Of a stretch of DNA of 64,000 bases, positions 49,204 through 59,657 are shown piece by piece. Origin of the DNA: an uncultured Actinomycetota bacterium (lineage in GTDB: Bacteria; Actinomycetota; Humimicrobiia; Humimicrobiales; Humimicrobiaceae); contig CAYZUS010000009.1 in the NCBI GenBank assembly GCA_964481885.1, positions 4,576 through 68,575 on the forward strand, in the 5' to 3' direction. Numbering within the stretch: position 1 is the first letter of the stretch; every line of letters begins with the position of its first letter. The notes under the pieces were generated by a model. The model ran no database searches. It was not told where the DNA came from and saw only the letters and a list, made by a program, of their open reading frames with translations. A program made the position numbers and the translations under genes.

Positions 49204-50214
49204 TTACGCACCGCCTAACCCGCTGCTGTAGACAAGCTGGCCGCAGGCGGCATTTATGTCATTTCCAAAATCATACCTTTGTGTAACAGTGATATGCTCC
49301 CTTTCAAGAGCCATTTTAAATTCAATTATTTTTTTGGTTGAAGGGGGCTTCATTTTCAGTTTGCCGTTAAACGGAATGAGGTTTACAAAGCATAGCATAC
49401 CTTTCAGGAGCCCGGCAAGTTCCGTGGCAAGATGCAGTCCATCATTTAGGCCATCAATCATCACATATTCAAACATCACTCTTCTACCGGTTTTATCAGT
49501 GTATTTTTTAACCGCACTGATTAGTTTTGAGATGGGATATTTTTTGCTGAAGGGCATCAGCTGTGCCCTCAATGCATTGTTTGGGGCATTTAAGGAAACT
49601 GCAAGGTTTACCTGAAGATTTTCTCCGGAAAACTTTTCAATCATCACAGGAATCCCGCATGTGGATATTGATATTTTCCTTGCGCCGATATTAAACATGG
49701 ACTTATCATTTAACAGCCTTACAGCAGCGATAACATTATCATAATTTAAAAACGGCTCCCCCATGCCCATAAAAACTATATTTGTTACTTTTTGCTGCAT
49801 TTTTTTAAGGTAATAAGCAAAAAACATTACCTGCTCTGCTATCTCATCTGTGGAAAGATTTCTCTTAAAGCCCAGCTTTGCGGTCCTGCAAAAAATACAA
49901 TTCATTGGGCAGCCTGCCTGGCAGGACACACAAACCGTGTTTCTTGAACCTTTATGCATCAAGAGCACGGTCTCTACATTGAGCCCGTCATGCATCTTAA
50001 GAATTGCTTTAAAAGTGTTTTTCTCCAGGGACTGCACAAAATCAAAGTCAAATTTTATCGGCACCTCATCCTGCAGCTTTTGCCTTAAAGGCAGCGGCAG
50101 GACAGTCACCTCGGACCAGGATGCAACCATGTCGCAGTAAAGCGCTTTCTGGATCTGCTTTATCCTGTAGGGTTTTTCTGATTTAATGATGTCGTTTAGT
50201 TTTTCAAGTTCCAT
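49204..50214 (-). CDS. rlmN: 23S rRNA (adenine2503-C2)-methyltransferase RlmN (radical SAM)
   Basis: Radical-SAM CxxxCxxC (CPMNCIFC). RlmN-type N-terminal region (…YRIKQIQKALY…). GMGEPFLNYDNV. The C-terminal Cys is present. Confidence 0.9.
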   Translation of the reverse strand: MELEKLNDIIKSEKPYRIKQIQKALYCDMVASWSEVTVLPLPLRQKLQDEVPIKFDFDFVQSLEKNTFKAILKMHDGLNVETVLLMHKGSRNTVCVSCQAGCPMNCIFCRTAKLGFKRNLSTDEIAEQVMFFAYYLKKMQQKVTNIVFMGMGEPFLNYDNVIAAVRLLNDKSMFNIGARKISISTCGIPVMIEKFSGENLQVNLAVSLNAPNNALRAQLMPFSKKYPISKLISAVKKYTDKTGRRVMFEYVMIDGLNDGLHLATELAGLLKGMLCFVNLIPFNGKLKMKPPSTKKIIEFKMALEREHITVTQRYDFGNDINAACGQLVYSSGLGGA

Positions 50215-50551
50215 ATTGCCAATACCTTTATTTATATTTATTCTGAAAATCTTTACATTTTGTATTACTGATGAAATTTTACATTACTGATGAAATATTA
50301 TATACAACTTCACTCAGTATATACTAAAACCCATAAAGAAGTGAATCAGATGATATTTCAGACTGATATATTTTTAATATCTACAATAGTTTACCGTAAA
50401 TTAAGTGATTGGAGGATGTTGATATGTCGCAGAAAAATCATAAAATTGTGGACAGCAAACCTCTTCAAATGGTCGAAAGGAACCATATACATATTCCACA
50501 CTTAACTTACTGAACCGCTAAACTAAAGCGTGAGTGGATGATAATGCCGGC

Positions 50552-50995
50552 TTAAGGTAGTTTGTCTACCACCCTACTGATTTCAAGGAAAGCTTTGTTC
50601 AGAACACTTAAATCTTCATCTGCCAGATTCATAATTTTCTTTTTCAGCATATCAAATACTTCCACTTTTTGTTTTTCAAGAAATTGTCTGCCCGGTGAAG
50701 ACAGATTTATTTTAACCACTCGCCTGTCCACTTTATCATGTTCTCTTTCAACAAACCCACACTCTATGAGTTTATCTATTATGGGAGTCATCTGCTGCTT
50801 TGAAGTCGACAGTTCATGCGAAAGTTGGGACATTGACAAATCGCCTTTTTCTTCCAGCATGAACATTACATGAAACTGCAAAGGGCTTATTTTGCTTTTG
50901 GCAAACTGCTCAAATGGTTTAATGAGTTTTTGCTGAAGAACCGGCAGCAATTTGGATAATTCCATTGCAATTGCATCTATATTTTTTTCTTTCAT
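50552..50995 (-). CDS. MarR-family transcriptional regulator
   Basis: Winged-helix MarR core (…ISPLQFHVMFMLEEKGDLSMSQLSHELSTSKQQMTPIIDKLIECGFVEREHDKVDRRVVKINLSSPGRQF…). Confidence 0.85.
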   Translation of the reverse strand: MKEKNIDAIAMELSKLLPVLQQKLIKPFEQFAKSKISPLQFHVMFMLEEKGDLSMSQLSHELSTSKQQMTPIIDKLIECGFVEREHDKVDRRVVKINLSSPGRQFLEKQKVEVFDMLKKKIMNLADEDLSVLNKAFLEISRVVDKLP

Positions 50996-51318
50996 GGAAA
51001 ACTCCTGACTGCTCTTAAAATTATTTTATAATTATTTCTTGACAAACGTTCCATCAATCTGTTATTTTATAAGTAAATATTTATTTACTATCAATATTTA
51101 TATATCATTAATATTAGTTTATATTGTATACTTATTGATAGTTTAATACAAATTAATTAAATATTGCTGACTGATTGGCTAAAATTTACGATTTCAAAGA
51201 AATCCATGCCGGATAAAATAAACTTTTTTACAAGACACTTAGTGATCCGGCAGAAACTGATTATTAAAGCCATTACCGAATAGCTCCCAGAAGGTACTTT
51301 TGGTAAAACAATAGAATT

Positions 51319-52851
51319 ATGAAACAAATAAATAATCGAAAACTTATAACAATTGGCGTGATGATGGGCCTTCTTCTGGCATCGCTTGACCAGACAATTG
51401 TTACCACTGCAATGCCTACAGTTGTTGGAAGTATTGGAGGAATGTCAGTATACAGCTGGGTTTTTTCAGCATATATGCTTTTGGAGACTGCAGGGACACC
51501 GATTTTTGGGAAACTTTCTGACCTTTTTGGAAGAAGGCGTATCTATCTGATTGGTATGGGAATTTTTATACTTGGTTCAGCCCTGTCCGGCATTTCACAG
51601 ACCATGACACAGCTTATTGTTTTCAGGGCAATTCAGGGACTCGGTGCCGGTGCACTAATGCCTCTTGCTCTTACAATCATCAGTGATACTTATCCTCCCG
51701 AGCAAAGAGGTAAAATGCAGGGTCTTCTCGGCGGGTTTTTTGGTGTTGCAAGCATTTTAGGGCCGGTAATCGGTGGATTTTTGACAGAAAACCTGAGTTG
51801 GCGATGGCTATTTTATATTAACATTCCTTTTGGAATTACGGCTGCAATCATCCTTGCAATTGCCTTAAAAGAACCTCTTAGGAAAGAAAAGCCGGCTATA
51901 GATATTTTGGGAGCGGTCCTTCTGTGTGCGGCAACAATTACTTTGCTATTAACAACTATTTGGGGCGGAAACAAATATGCCTGGAATTCGCCCCAGATCA
52001 TAGGGCTTTTTGCTGCAGGTTTTATATTGGCCGCTGTATTTATACTGGTGGAAAGAAAAGCAAAAGAGCCTATCCTTCCACTGTTTTTATTTAAAAGCAG
52101 GACAATAACATTAACCAGCATCATCGTATTTTTAATGGGACTCGGTATGTTTGGAGCAATAAGCTATGTTCCTCTTTTTGTCCAGTCTGTTATCGGGGTT
52201 TCTCCTTTGAATTCAGGATATATGCTGATTCCCATGATGCTTGCTGTTATTTTAGCAAGCATAGGTGGTGGTTTTCTTATCAACAGGATTTCCACAAAAT
52301 TGCTTGTTGTCTGCGCCATGGGACTTATGTCAGCCGGATTCTTTTTCATGTCAAGGATGAGCGTTGCTACTTCGGTGTCACAAGTGATTATTTATATGAT
52401 TATTATTGGGATAGGTATGGGGCTGCTAATGCCAACATTAACCTATGCTGTCCAAAACGCTGCTACAGCACAGCACAGGGGAATTGCCACCTCCACCAAC
52501 ACTTTTTTCAGAGCAATAGGGGGAACGTTTGGCGTCAGCATCCTGGGCGCTTTGATGAATAATAAAATGGCATCAGGAATGCGGGAACTGGCAAAAAAGT
52601 TCGATTATATCCCAAAGGACAAGCTCGAGGTATTTACAAACCCCCAGGTTTTGATGCAGCCTGGGATTAAAGAGCAAATGCCTCCGCAACTGCTTGATGG
52701 TATACTGAATGTATTTTCAAGCGCAATAAATATAATGTTTCTTGTAGGGTTGGTTTTACTGTGTATAGGTTTTGCAGTTGCGCTATTTATTAAAAAAGAC
52801 AAAACAACAGAATCCATTGAAAATACAATCGAAGAAGGTAAGATTTTATAA
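51319..52851 (+). CDS. MFS transporter, DHA2 (EmrB/QacA, 14-TMS) drug:H+ antiporter family
   Basis: Motif A-like (GKLSDLFGRRRIY). About 14 predicted TM helices. The architecture matches DHA2, with motif C in TM5. Confidence 0.9.
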   Translation: MKQINNRKLITIGVMMGLLLASLDQTIVTTAMPTVVGSIGGMSVYSWVFSAYMLLETAGTPIFGKLSDLFGRRRIYLIGMGIFILGSALSGISQTMTQLIVFRAIQGLGAGALMPLALTIISDTYPPEQRGKMQGLLGGFFGVASILGPVIGGFLTENLSWRWLFYINIPFGITAAIILAIALKEPLRKEKPAIDILGAVLLCAATITLLLTTIWGGNKYAWNSPQIIGLFAAGFILAAVFILVERKAKEPILPLFLFKSRTITLTSIIVFLMGLGMFGAISYVPLFVQSVIGVSPLNSGYMLIPMMLAVILASIGGGFLINRISTKLLVVCAMGLMSAGFFFMSRMSVATSVSQVIIYMIIIGIGMGLLMPTLTYAVQNAATAQHRGIATSTNTFFRAIGGTFGVSILGALMNNKMASGMRELAKKFDYIPKDKLEVFTNPQVLMQPGIKEQMPPQLLDGILNVFSSAINIMFLVGLVLLCIGFAVALFIKKDKTTESIENTIEEGKIL

Positions 52852-52944
52852 GAGAGTGTTTATTATTAGATGTAGTTTATTAATCATCATTTAAAAATAT
52901 GACAAAAATATGACCTTTCAGTCATACAGTCAGGGAGGACAATT

Positions 52945-54207
52945 ATGCTAATTACAATTCTGGCAGCCGGCACAAGAGGAGATCTCCAGCCGTATATCGC
53001 ACTGGGGATTGAGATTAAAAAAGCGGGCCATCATGTCCGCATTGCGACATTTGAAAACGATGAGGCCTTTATTAAAAGTTTTGGCCTGGAGTTTTATAAA
53101 GTAAAAGGCGATATTTCCGCTGTTGCATCAGGCGAAGGCACAAAAGGTGCCAGAGAAGCTGATAATCCTCTCAAGTTATTATTAAGCTTTAACAAGCTTA
53201 AGAGCCTTGCATTTGACATGCAAAAGGATTTCTTTAATGCCTGCGACGGTTCAGATGCCATAGTGTACCATCCCGGTGCAGCGATAGGATATTTTGCAGC
53301 ACAGCATTTTAATATCCCAAGCATCCTGGCAACTCCATTCCCAATGACGCCTACAAGAGATTATCCGGCCCTGATTTTCTATAATTTGCCCCGGCTTGGA
53401 AAGGGATATAATATATTGACACATAAAATATTTGAGAAGATTATGTGGTCCGCTTCCGGCGCAAATATTAAAAAATTCTGGAAGGAAGAATTCGGCAGAA
53501 TTCCTGAAGGATTTACATGTCCCTTTGGAATGCAAAACACCGGGCTGCTGCCTACAGTTATTTCATGCAGCAATTATGTTTTTCCAAGGCCATCTGAGTG
53601 GCCGGAGCATATTTATAACACCGGATACTGGTTTCTGGATGAGCAGGCTGACTGGAAGCCTTCAAGTGAGTTAATGGAATTCATGGGCAGAGGGAAACCA
53701 CCGGTTTATATTGGTTTTGGCAGCATAGCAGATCACGCTTTGGCGGCGCAAACAACAGATTTGGTTATTGATGCCCTTAGACGTTCCGGGCTGCGCGGGA
53801 TTCTGGCAACAGGCTGGGGCGGCATGACCAAAATTGAAAATATACCTGAAGAAATTTTCATACTTGAAAGCGCACCGCACTCATGGCTGTTTCCCCAAAT
53901 GTCAGCAGTCGTCCACCACGGAGGTGCAGGAACCACTGCCGCCGGTTTAAGGGCCGGGGTGCCGGGCATCATAATTCCTTTCAGTAATGACCAGTTTGCA
54001 TGGGGCCGCCGCGCTTATGAACTTGGGGTTGCCTCAAAACCTATTCCGAGAAAAACTCTTACAGCAGAAAAACTGGCTGATGCCATTAAATTTGTTTTAA
54101 CTGAAGAAATAAAAGATGCGGCAAAAGATTTGGGGGCAAAGATCCAGAGCGAAAATGGAGCCTCAGCAGCCGCTGAAATCATAATTAACTGTGTTAAAAC
54201 AGAATAG
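52945..54207 (+). CDS. GT1-family UDP-glycosyltransferase (MGT/OleD-like)
   Basis: N-terminal acceptor domain (…GTRGDLQPYIALG…). C-terminal UDP-sugar motif (…HHGGAGTTAAGLRAGVPGIIIPFSNDQFAWGRR…). Confidence 0.85.
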   Translation: MLITILAAGTRGDLQPYIALGIEIKKAGHHVRIATFENDEAFIKSFGLEFYKVKGDISAVASGEGTKGAREADNPLKLLLSFNKLKSLAFDMQKDFFNACDGSDAIVYHPGAAIGYFAAQHFNIPSILATPFPMTPTRDYPALIFYNLPRLGKGYNILTHKIFEKIMWSASGANIKKFWKEEFGRIPEGFTCPFGMQNTGLLPTVISCSNYVFPRPSEWPEHIYNTGYWFLDEQADWKPSSELMEFMGRGKPPVYIGFGSIADHALAAQTTDLVIDALRRSGLRGILATGWGGMTKIENIPEEIFILESAPHSWLFPQMSAVVHHGGAGTTAAGLRAGVPGIIIPFSNDQFAWGRRAYELGVASKPIPRKTLTAEKLADAIKFVLTEEIKDAAKDLGAKIQSENGASAAAEIIINCVKTE

Positions 54208-54259
54208 TCCAAAATAATCCACGAGCTGTAATTATATTGCAGCTCTTTTGGCCCTTTGA

Positions 54260-54835
54260 TTATTTTGGATACCTGGGTGAGTTTTTCCGGCGGCGACGGA
54301 TTAAAATGATTGTTACAATAGCAGCGATTAAAATCAGCAGGCAGGCAGCAATTATCGGTACAATCACTGAAAGAATTGAGACTGATGCAGAGGTTACATC
54401 TTCGGCAATGCTTACCGGAACATTGGCGGCTCCGCCGGTAGAAGCTGTAACGGCCGGACGAATCGCCAGTGATTTAACAGCGTGGACACTGCCAGAAACA
54501 AGCAAACCGGCAATCAGGGCCAGGACTGTATTTACATGGGAAATGTTGGCTGCGCTGGCAGCAAAAACAATGGCGCCTGCAGTCGGCCGCACAAAGCTCT
54601 GCACTATATCATTAACATGGTTTACCGCAGGAACTTTATCGGCCACTATTTCAATGAGCGAGAGAAAGATCAATACTCCAATTACCCACCAGGAAGTCAT
54701 GGCATCCCACGGTGAGCTTAGTTTGATTAAATTGGTATACTTTGCCAGCAGCGAAACTACCAGCAGGGGGATATAAGCATTCAACCCCGCACTTGCCGAA
54801 AGCCCAAATGCCGAAATAATGTTAAAAACCACCAT
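54260..54835 (-). CDS. DUF4126-like polytopic membrane protein
   Basis: Several TM helices with conserved GLNAYIPLL…VADKVP motifs and a basic C-terminus. Confidence 0.6.
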   Translation of the reverse strand: MVVFNIISAFGLSASAGLNAYIPLLVVSLLAKYTNLIKLSSPWDAMTSWWVIGVLIFLSLIEIVADKVPAVNHVNDIVQSFVRPTAGAIVFAASAANISHVNTVLALIAGLLVSGSVHAVKSLAIRPAVTASTGGAANVPVSIAEDVTSASVSILSVIVPIIAACLLILIAAIVTIILIRRRRKNSPRYPK

Positions 54836-54944
54836 TTTGTTTTTTAATCCTTACTAAAAATGCAATCACTTCCGGGTTCCAGAGATTAAATAACTGGACG
54901 GGCCAAAAAAACTGAACTGAAACAAGCATACAGCTGATCCTCAA

Positions 54945-55811
54945 TTATTTAACTGAACCAAAACCAAATGCCAAAGCATAGAATAAATCATAACCAATAT
55001 GGAATATAACCGCTCCCCAGATACTTTTGGTTTTGTAAATAATATATCCTGAAGCCATTCCCAAAGAAAAAACAACAAAAAAGAATATTAAAGACATTCC
55101 AATACCTGACAGATACCTGGCAAACAGATGAGGAATTGAAAATATCAGAGATGTCAGAAATATGGATAAATGGTTTCCCAGAAATTGCTCGAATTTCTTT
55201 AGAAACAATCCCCTGAACCATAGCTCTTCCATAAGACCGTTTAGTACTGAAAAAGCAAATAACCAGGGAAGTATTGATAATATCTTTTGCAGGCTGCTTT
55301 TTTGCAACGCTAACAACAGGCCGGTGACAGTAAAAAAAACAAAAGCCGATAAACCAATTATTATCCATAATTTGAACTTGCCTTTTTGAATATAGAGCGA
55401 GGACAATTTGTCGGCAAAAGCCAGGGTCAAAACCAGTATTGGAACAGCAATTGCTATAAATTGGGAAAATTTATCCAGCATCCACTGTCCCTCGATCACA
55501 GTAATACTTTCGTAGAGGAATTTTACAGGCAGGTCAGTAATAACCCAGTTTAGAAGCATTCCCAGGGATGCAATAAAGAAGGCAAAAGATACCCTCCAAT
55601 AATTTCTTAATGGTTTGATAAAGTAAGCTGAGATTGTCAGTACCAAAAAAAATGCAGATATAATTATCCTGTAAAGAGTGCTGCTGTTTGTGAGGAAGGT
55701 TGAAATAAAATTAAAACCAAATAAAAATATTGAAAGACCACAAATGAAAAATAATATAAAAAGGATTAGTCTGTAAAACTTTGTACTTTTCACAGGATGA
55801 ATTTCTTCCAT
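54945..55811 (-). CDS. CPBP-family (CAAX protease / Abi) intramembrane metalloprotease
   Basis: Motif 1 EELWFRG, motif 2 FSIPHLF, motif 3 FHIGYDLF. A multi-TM N-terminus. Confidence 0.8.
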   Translation of the reverse strand: MEEIHPVKSTKFYRLILFILFFICGLSIFLFGFNFISTFLTNSSTLYRIIISAFFLVLTISAYFIKPLRNYWRVSFAFFIASLGMLLNWVITDLPVKFLYESITVIEGQWMLDKFSQFIAIAVPILVLTLAFADKLSSLYIQKGKFKLWIIIGLSAFVFFTVTGLLLALQKSSLQKILSILPWLFAFSVLNGLMEELWFRGLFLKKFEQFLGNHLSIFLTSLIFSIPHLFARYLSGIGMSLIFFFVVFSLGMASGYIIYKTKSIWGAVIFHIGYDLFYALAFGFGSVK

Positions 55812-56388
55812 TTATGACTCCTCTGACTGTTTCACTGGATTATTTAAAACTATTGATATTTTAAAGGTTTAGAGCAGATGAAGCAATATAATACATGCTG
55901 CGTTTAGAACTGTTTTGCCAAATCTTTTAGCCGGATGGGACTTTAAAAAAGTTAAATTTACTATCGATGCTATTTTACGGCCCGTGTTAAAAAACAAAGC
56001 TTACAAAAAAATAAGCTTAAGGCGGCAACAATAAAAAATGTAATAAGTATTATAAGGGATAATTTTTTAATCATATTTGCAGAATTTTTTTTATTTAAAT
56101 TCCCCTGGTTATGCCAGTAAATTACCTAATGGCGCTAAAATTTAATCTATAGTCCCAATCTGCCAGTAGTTTTAATTTAACAGATTACTTTTAATGATAT
56201 GTTATGATTAATGTTGTAAATAATATTTGTAATAATATTTCAAATAATTTTAAATATTTGTAAGTATTACACACAAAACTGACGATATTATTATGATAAT
56301 GCTTATATCGGTTTAAAAATAGTTATTGATAACTATAATTTTTGCTGAGCGCCATTTTTTAATATGTTTAAATTTAAGGGAGCAATCG

Positions 56389-57819
56389 ATGCAATCTTTA
56401 TATAGTTTAGAGGCACAAACTAAAAAATTACAAAAAATAATACTGTCAGGCAAAAAGACAATGTGCAAGGCAGGTTCGGGAAATATCGCAAAAAAAACCA
56501 GATCTATACAAAAAAACAAAATCAATTTTTTGGTTTCCCTTATCCTGGTATTTGCAATTGCAATGCCGGTATACCTGGCTGCCTGCAGCACGCCGAAGCT
56601 GAGTTTTGGAGAAATAGTGATTTCAGAGGGCGCTGAAAAAAATACCAATATGCCAGTCAACCCTAAATCTGAATTCGACATGAAGGCAAAACAGATCTTT
56701 GCCACTATCAAATACACGGGGGTGACCGGTTCCGACAACTGGAGATTCAAATGGATATATGTAAAAACGGGTGAGATTATTCTGGATAACGGAAAAAAAT
56801 ATAACGAAGGGCTTCCTGAAGGATATTTCCAGGGGATAATAGCATCCAACATTTACATAACTGACGATACAAAAATAGTGCCTGCAGGAAAGTATAAAGT
56901 GGAATTTTACTATAATGGAGAATTAAAAAAAATCACGGATTTTATTGTAAAAGAACCGCAAATGCAGGTATTGGAGGCAGTAACTTCAAATGAGATTGAT
57001 GAAAGAGGCACTCCGGTCAACTCCATGCTGCAGTTTAAAACTACCGATACCGTTTATGCAAGCGTCAAGACAGATTATCTGGTCGCAGGTCATAACCTCA
57101 AGGCACTGTGGAAAAAAAGTGACGCCTCTTTGATAAAAGAGGATTCCATTGATATAAAAGATAACTATTACGAGCCGTCCTATCTGGGATTTAGCCTTGA
57201 ACTTTCAAAATTTGGCGAGAGTGCAAAACCTGCGACCCCCGGAAAATACAGAGTTGAGATATATCTTGATGGCGAACTTGACAAAACACTGGATTTTGAA
57301 GTGGTAAAAGAGTCACCTGCAACTTTTGAAAAAGGCGCAACTTATTCTAATGAAGCATTCGGCTTTAAAATTGCAGTTCCTGATAACTGGACCTATGAAG
57401 AAAAGGCTGAAGCCGAAATGGTTACGCTTACTTTAAGGCCTGCTGTGATCATAGATGCTGCGTTTGGATTTATTGCTACTACTGCAGAACAGTTAAAACC
57501 TTTTGATGCTTTTGCCAAAAAGGATGCTGAAAGTTTCGCAAAAAAAAGCAACTGGACGCTGGTTGATTCCAAATCAAGAGAGTATAAGATTAAAAACGGG
57601 GCTTCCGCAACTGAACTGACGTTCCTTTACCGGGACAGGGATGAAGCACAATATGTAATAGCGTATAGTTTTATTGAAAATAACAGCAATGCTTATATTT
57701 TGCATATCGCTTCAGATGATGCAATTTACGGGGATATGGCACTTTCAGTATATTCAGGAATTCTCGATTCGCTTGTATTTAACAATCCTGACACTGCCAA
57801 GGAAACTACAACAGAGTAA
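56389..57819 (+). CDS. Hypothetical lipoprotein with two internally repeated domains of about 110 aa
   Basis: Start chosen at ATG 56389, preceded by AAGGGAG (the ORF opens at 56326). Lipobox-like signal …LAACS. Internal repeat: GKYKVEFYYNGELKKITDFIVKEP aligns with GKYRVEIYLDGELDKTLDFEVVKE. Confidence 0.55.
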   Translation: MQSLYSLEAQTKKLQKIILSGKKTMCKAGSGNIAKKTRSIQKNKINFLVSLILVFAIAMPVYLAACSTPKLSFGEIVISEGAEKNTNMPVNPKSEFDMKAKQIFATIKYTGVTGSDNWRFKWIYVKTGEIILDNGKKYNEGLPEGYFQGIIASNIYITDDTKIVPAGKYKVEFYYNGELKKITDFIVKEPQMQVLEAVTSNEIDERGTPVNSMLQFKTTDTVYASVKTDYLVAGHNLKALWKKSDASLIKEDSIDIKDNYYEPSYLGFSLELSKFGESAKPATPGKYRVEIYLDGELDKTLDFEVVKESPATFEKGATYSNEAFGFKIAVPDNWTYEEKAEAEMVTLTLRPAVIIDAAFGFIATTAEQLKPFDAFAKKDAESFAKKSNWTLVDSKSREYKIKNGASATELTFLYRDRDEAQYVIAYSFIENNSNAYILHIASDDAIYGDMALSVYSGILDSLVFNNPDTAKETTTE

Positions 57820-58259
57820 AAAACAGCTAAAAACAGTACTGTATTTTCAGCGGACTGCTGACCCGGGGCCTTAAGGGTTGCCTGTGTTTAAAACAGCAGT
57901 TCCACTCTTAAGTATTGCAATTATTGATTATTTATGTTTTTATCTCTAAGAGCATTTAAAGCTAATATATGTGCTTCTTTAATTCACGACCTGCATGTGT
58001 ATTAGCATTTTTATTGCCTAAATCTTTAAAGTTTTTTGGCTTTTACATTAATCATTAATTATTGGCATTATTACTAATTTGACATTATTATTAATGTAAC
58101 AGGTTACAGGTGAAAAGTCAGTTTTTAGGAAATTATTTGTTTAACTCAGGATTATAATTTTCTCAATTTACCCTGACTGGCTTATTATTCACTGGAGGCC
58201 AATTAGTTTAAATACGGTTTTTATTTTAAGAGACTGCCATAAAACCGGAAGGAGGGAAC

Positions 58260-59195
58260 ATGATAAAGATTTTTAAAACGAATGAGGAAAACCAGACCTT
58301 TGAAGTTGATACAATCGAGAGAGGAAGCTGGGTTCATTTATATGATCCTGATTCTGATGAGATTGAAATGGTTTCAGAAAGCACAGGACTTGCCAAGGAT
58401 TATTTAAAAGCCGCACTTGATAAGGAAGAAAGTTCCCGACTTGAAATAGAAGATGAGCAGATACTTGTTATTCTTGACATACCAATAATGGAAGTTGTGG
58501 GTACTGTTGCAAGCTATAGCACCGTGCCTTTGGGCATAGTCTTAAATGAAGAATATATTGTCACTGTTTCATTGGAGGAAAACAACATCATTGACGACTT
58601 TATAGAGCAGAAGATAAAGACTTTTTACACATATAAAAAATCAAGGTTTATACTCCAGATCCTCTTAAGGATTGACAAATATTATTTGAGCTTTTTAAAA
58701 CAGATCGACAAGGCCAGTAAAATAATCGAACAATTGATGCACAAATCTATGAGGAACAAAGAACTTATCGATATGCTTTCCCTTGAAAAAAGCCTTGTTT
58801 TTTTCTCCACATCATTAAAATCCAACCAGGGCACGCTGGAAAAAATGATGAAGCTTAAGATGATGAAAAGATATCCTGAAGACCAGGACCTGCTTGAGGA
58901 TGTTTTGATTGAAAATAACCAGGCTATTGAAATGACAAATATATACAGCAATATTCTCTCGGGAACAATGGATGCATTTGCTTCGCTGATAAATAATAAT
59001 CTTAACATGGTTATGAAGATACTGACTTCGATTACAATTGTAATGTCAATACCTACGATAATAGGATCTTTCTTTGGTATGAACGTACCTATGCCCTGGG
59101 GGGATTTCAGATGGGCCTTTGTAAGCATAATAGGGCTGGCGCTGCTGGTCTCTGGTATTGCAATGACTCTTCTTTATAAGAAAAACCTTTTTTGA
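58260..59195 (+). CDS. corA: CorA-family divalent cation (Mg2+/Co2+) transporter
   Basis: Two C-terminal TM helices with the GMN motif (FFGMNVPMP). CorA-type cytoplasmic N-domain. Confidence 0.85.
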   Translation: MIKIFKTNEENQTFEVDTIERGSWVHLYDPDSDEIEMVSESTGLAKDYLKAALDKEESSRLEIEDEQILVILDIPIMEVVGTVASYSTVPLGIVLNEEYIVTVSLEENNIIDDFIEQKIKTFYTYKKSRFILQILLRIDKYYLSFLKQIDKASKIIEQLMHKSMRNKELIDMLSLEKSLVFFSTSLKSNQGTLEKMMKLKMMKRYPEDQDLLEDVLIENNQAIEMTNIYSNILSGTMDAFASLINNNLNMVMKILTSITIVMSIPTIIGSFFGMNVPMPWGDFRWAFVSIIGLALLVSGIAMTLLYKKNLF

Positions 59196-59250
59196 GCACT
59201 GAAGTTTATGTTGAGGTTTGCGATTTATCTTGAAGCTTGCAGTCTTTGTT

Positions 59251-59285
59251 GCGGTCGACTGCCTGCAGTGACCTTTTTATATTTT
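59251..59285 (+). terminator. Intrinsic terminator after corA
   Basis: GGTCGACTGCctGCAGTGACCtttttat. It has an imperfect 9-bp stem plus a T-run, 55 nt after the stop. Confidence 0.45.
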
Positions 59286-59338
59286 CCCCCTAAAACAATA
59301 ACAAGTTAGTTTTCCAGCTTCTTATTTGGTTTGTAAAT

Positions 59339-59580
59339 TGTGGTTTGGCATTCCATATTGCACTCCCAGGCAAAATTAATAAGCCAGGTTTGTGAATTAT
59401 AGCTTGGCTTGCAAACCATAGCTTAAATTATAGCGTGGCTTGCAACTTATGGTTTTACATGGTATATTTCCATGCTGGAAAAGATTGATATATCAGTTTT
59501 TCGAACTGATTGGATTTGCGAATTATGGCATGGCATAATATATTTCTCTGCTTAAAAAAATTAATAAGTTAGGTTTACAC
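59339..59580. repeat. Nested imperfect direct repeats in the corA-dedA intergenic region
   Basis: A block of about 50 nt (…tggcat(t/g)(c/g)cata…aaattaataag(cc/tt)aggttt…) occurs at 59343-59390 and again at 59524-59576. A 27-nt repeat aattatagc(t/g)tggcttgcaa(a/c)(c/t)(c/t)at(a/g)g occurs twice at 59394-59450. Confidence 0.6.
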
Positions 59581-59657
59581 CGAAAAAACTCCAAAAAAAA
59601 ATAAAGCTTCGGTCTTAAAGAAATAACAAACAAAATAGAAATTAAAAAAGGATACAA

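Noticed and set aside
50290-50505. 71-aa ORF in the rlmN-marR intergenic region, including a 14-bp direct repeat (attactgatgaaat x2)
   Set aside because: No RBS, and hydrophobic low-complexity composition. More likely promoter or terminator DNA.
56326-56388. Upstream start for the lipoprotein ORF (MITIIFAERHF…)
   Set aside because: There is no SD. The downstream ATG at 56389 has AAGGGAG and is followed by a signal peptide and lipobox.
59196-59657. M-box (Mg2+) riboswitch associated with corA
   Set aside because: The region is downstream of corA, separated from it by a terminator, and not in its leader. I cannot recognise the conserved M-box helices. I keep it only as an uncharacterised repeat region.
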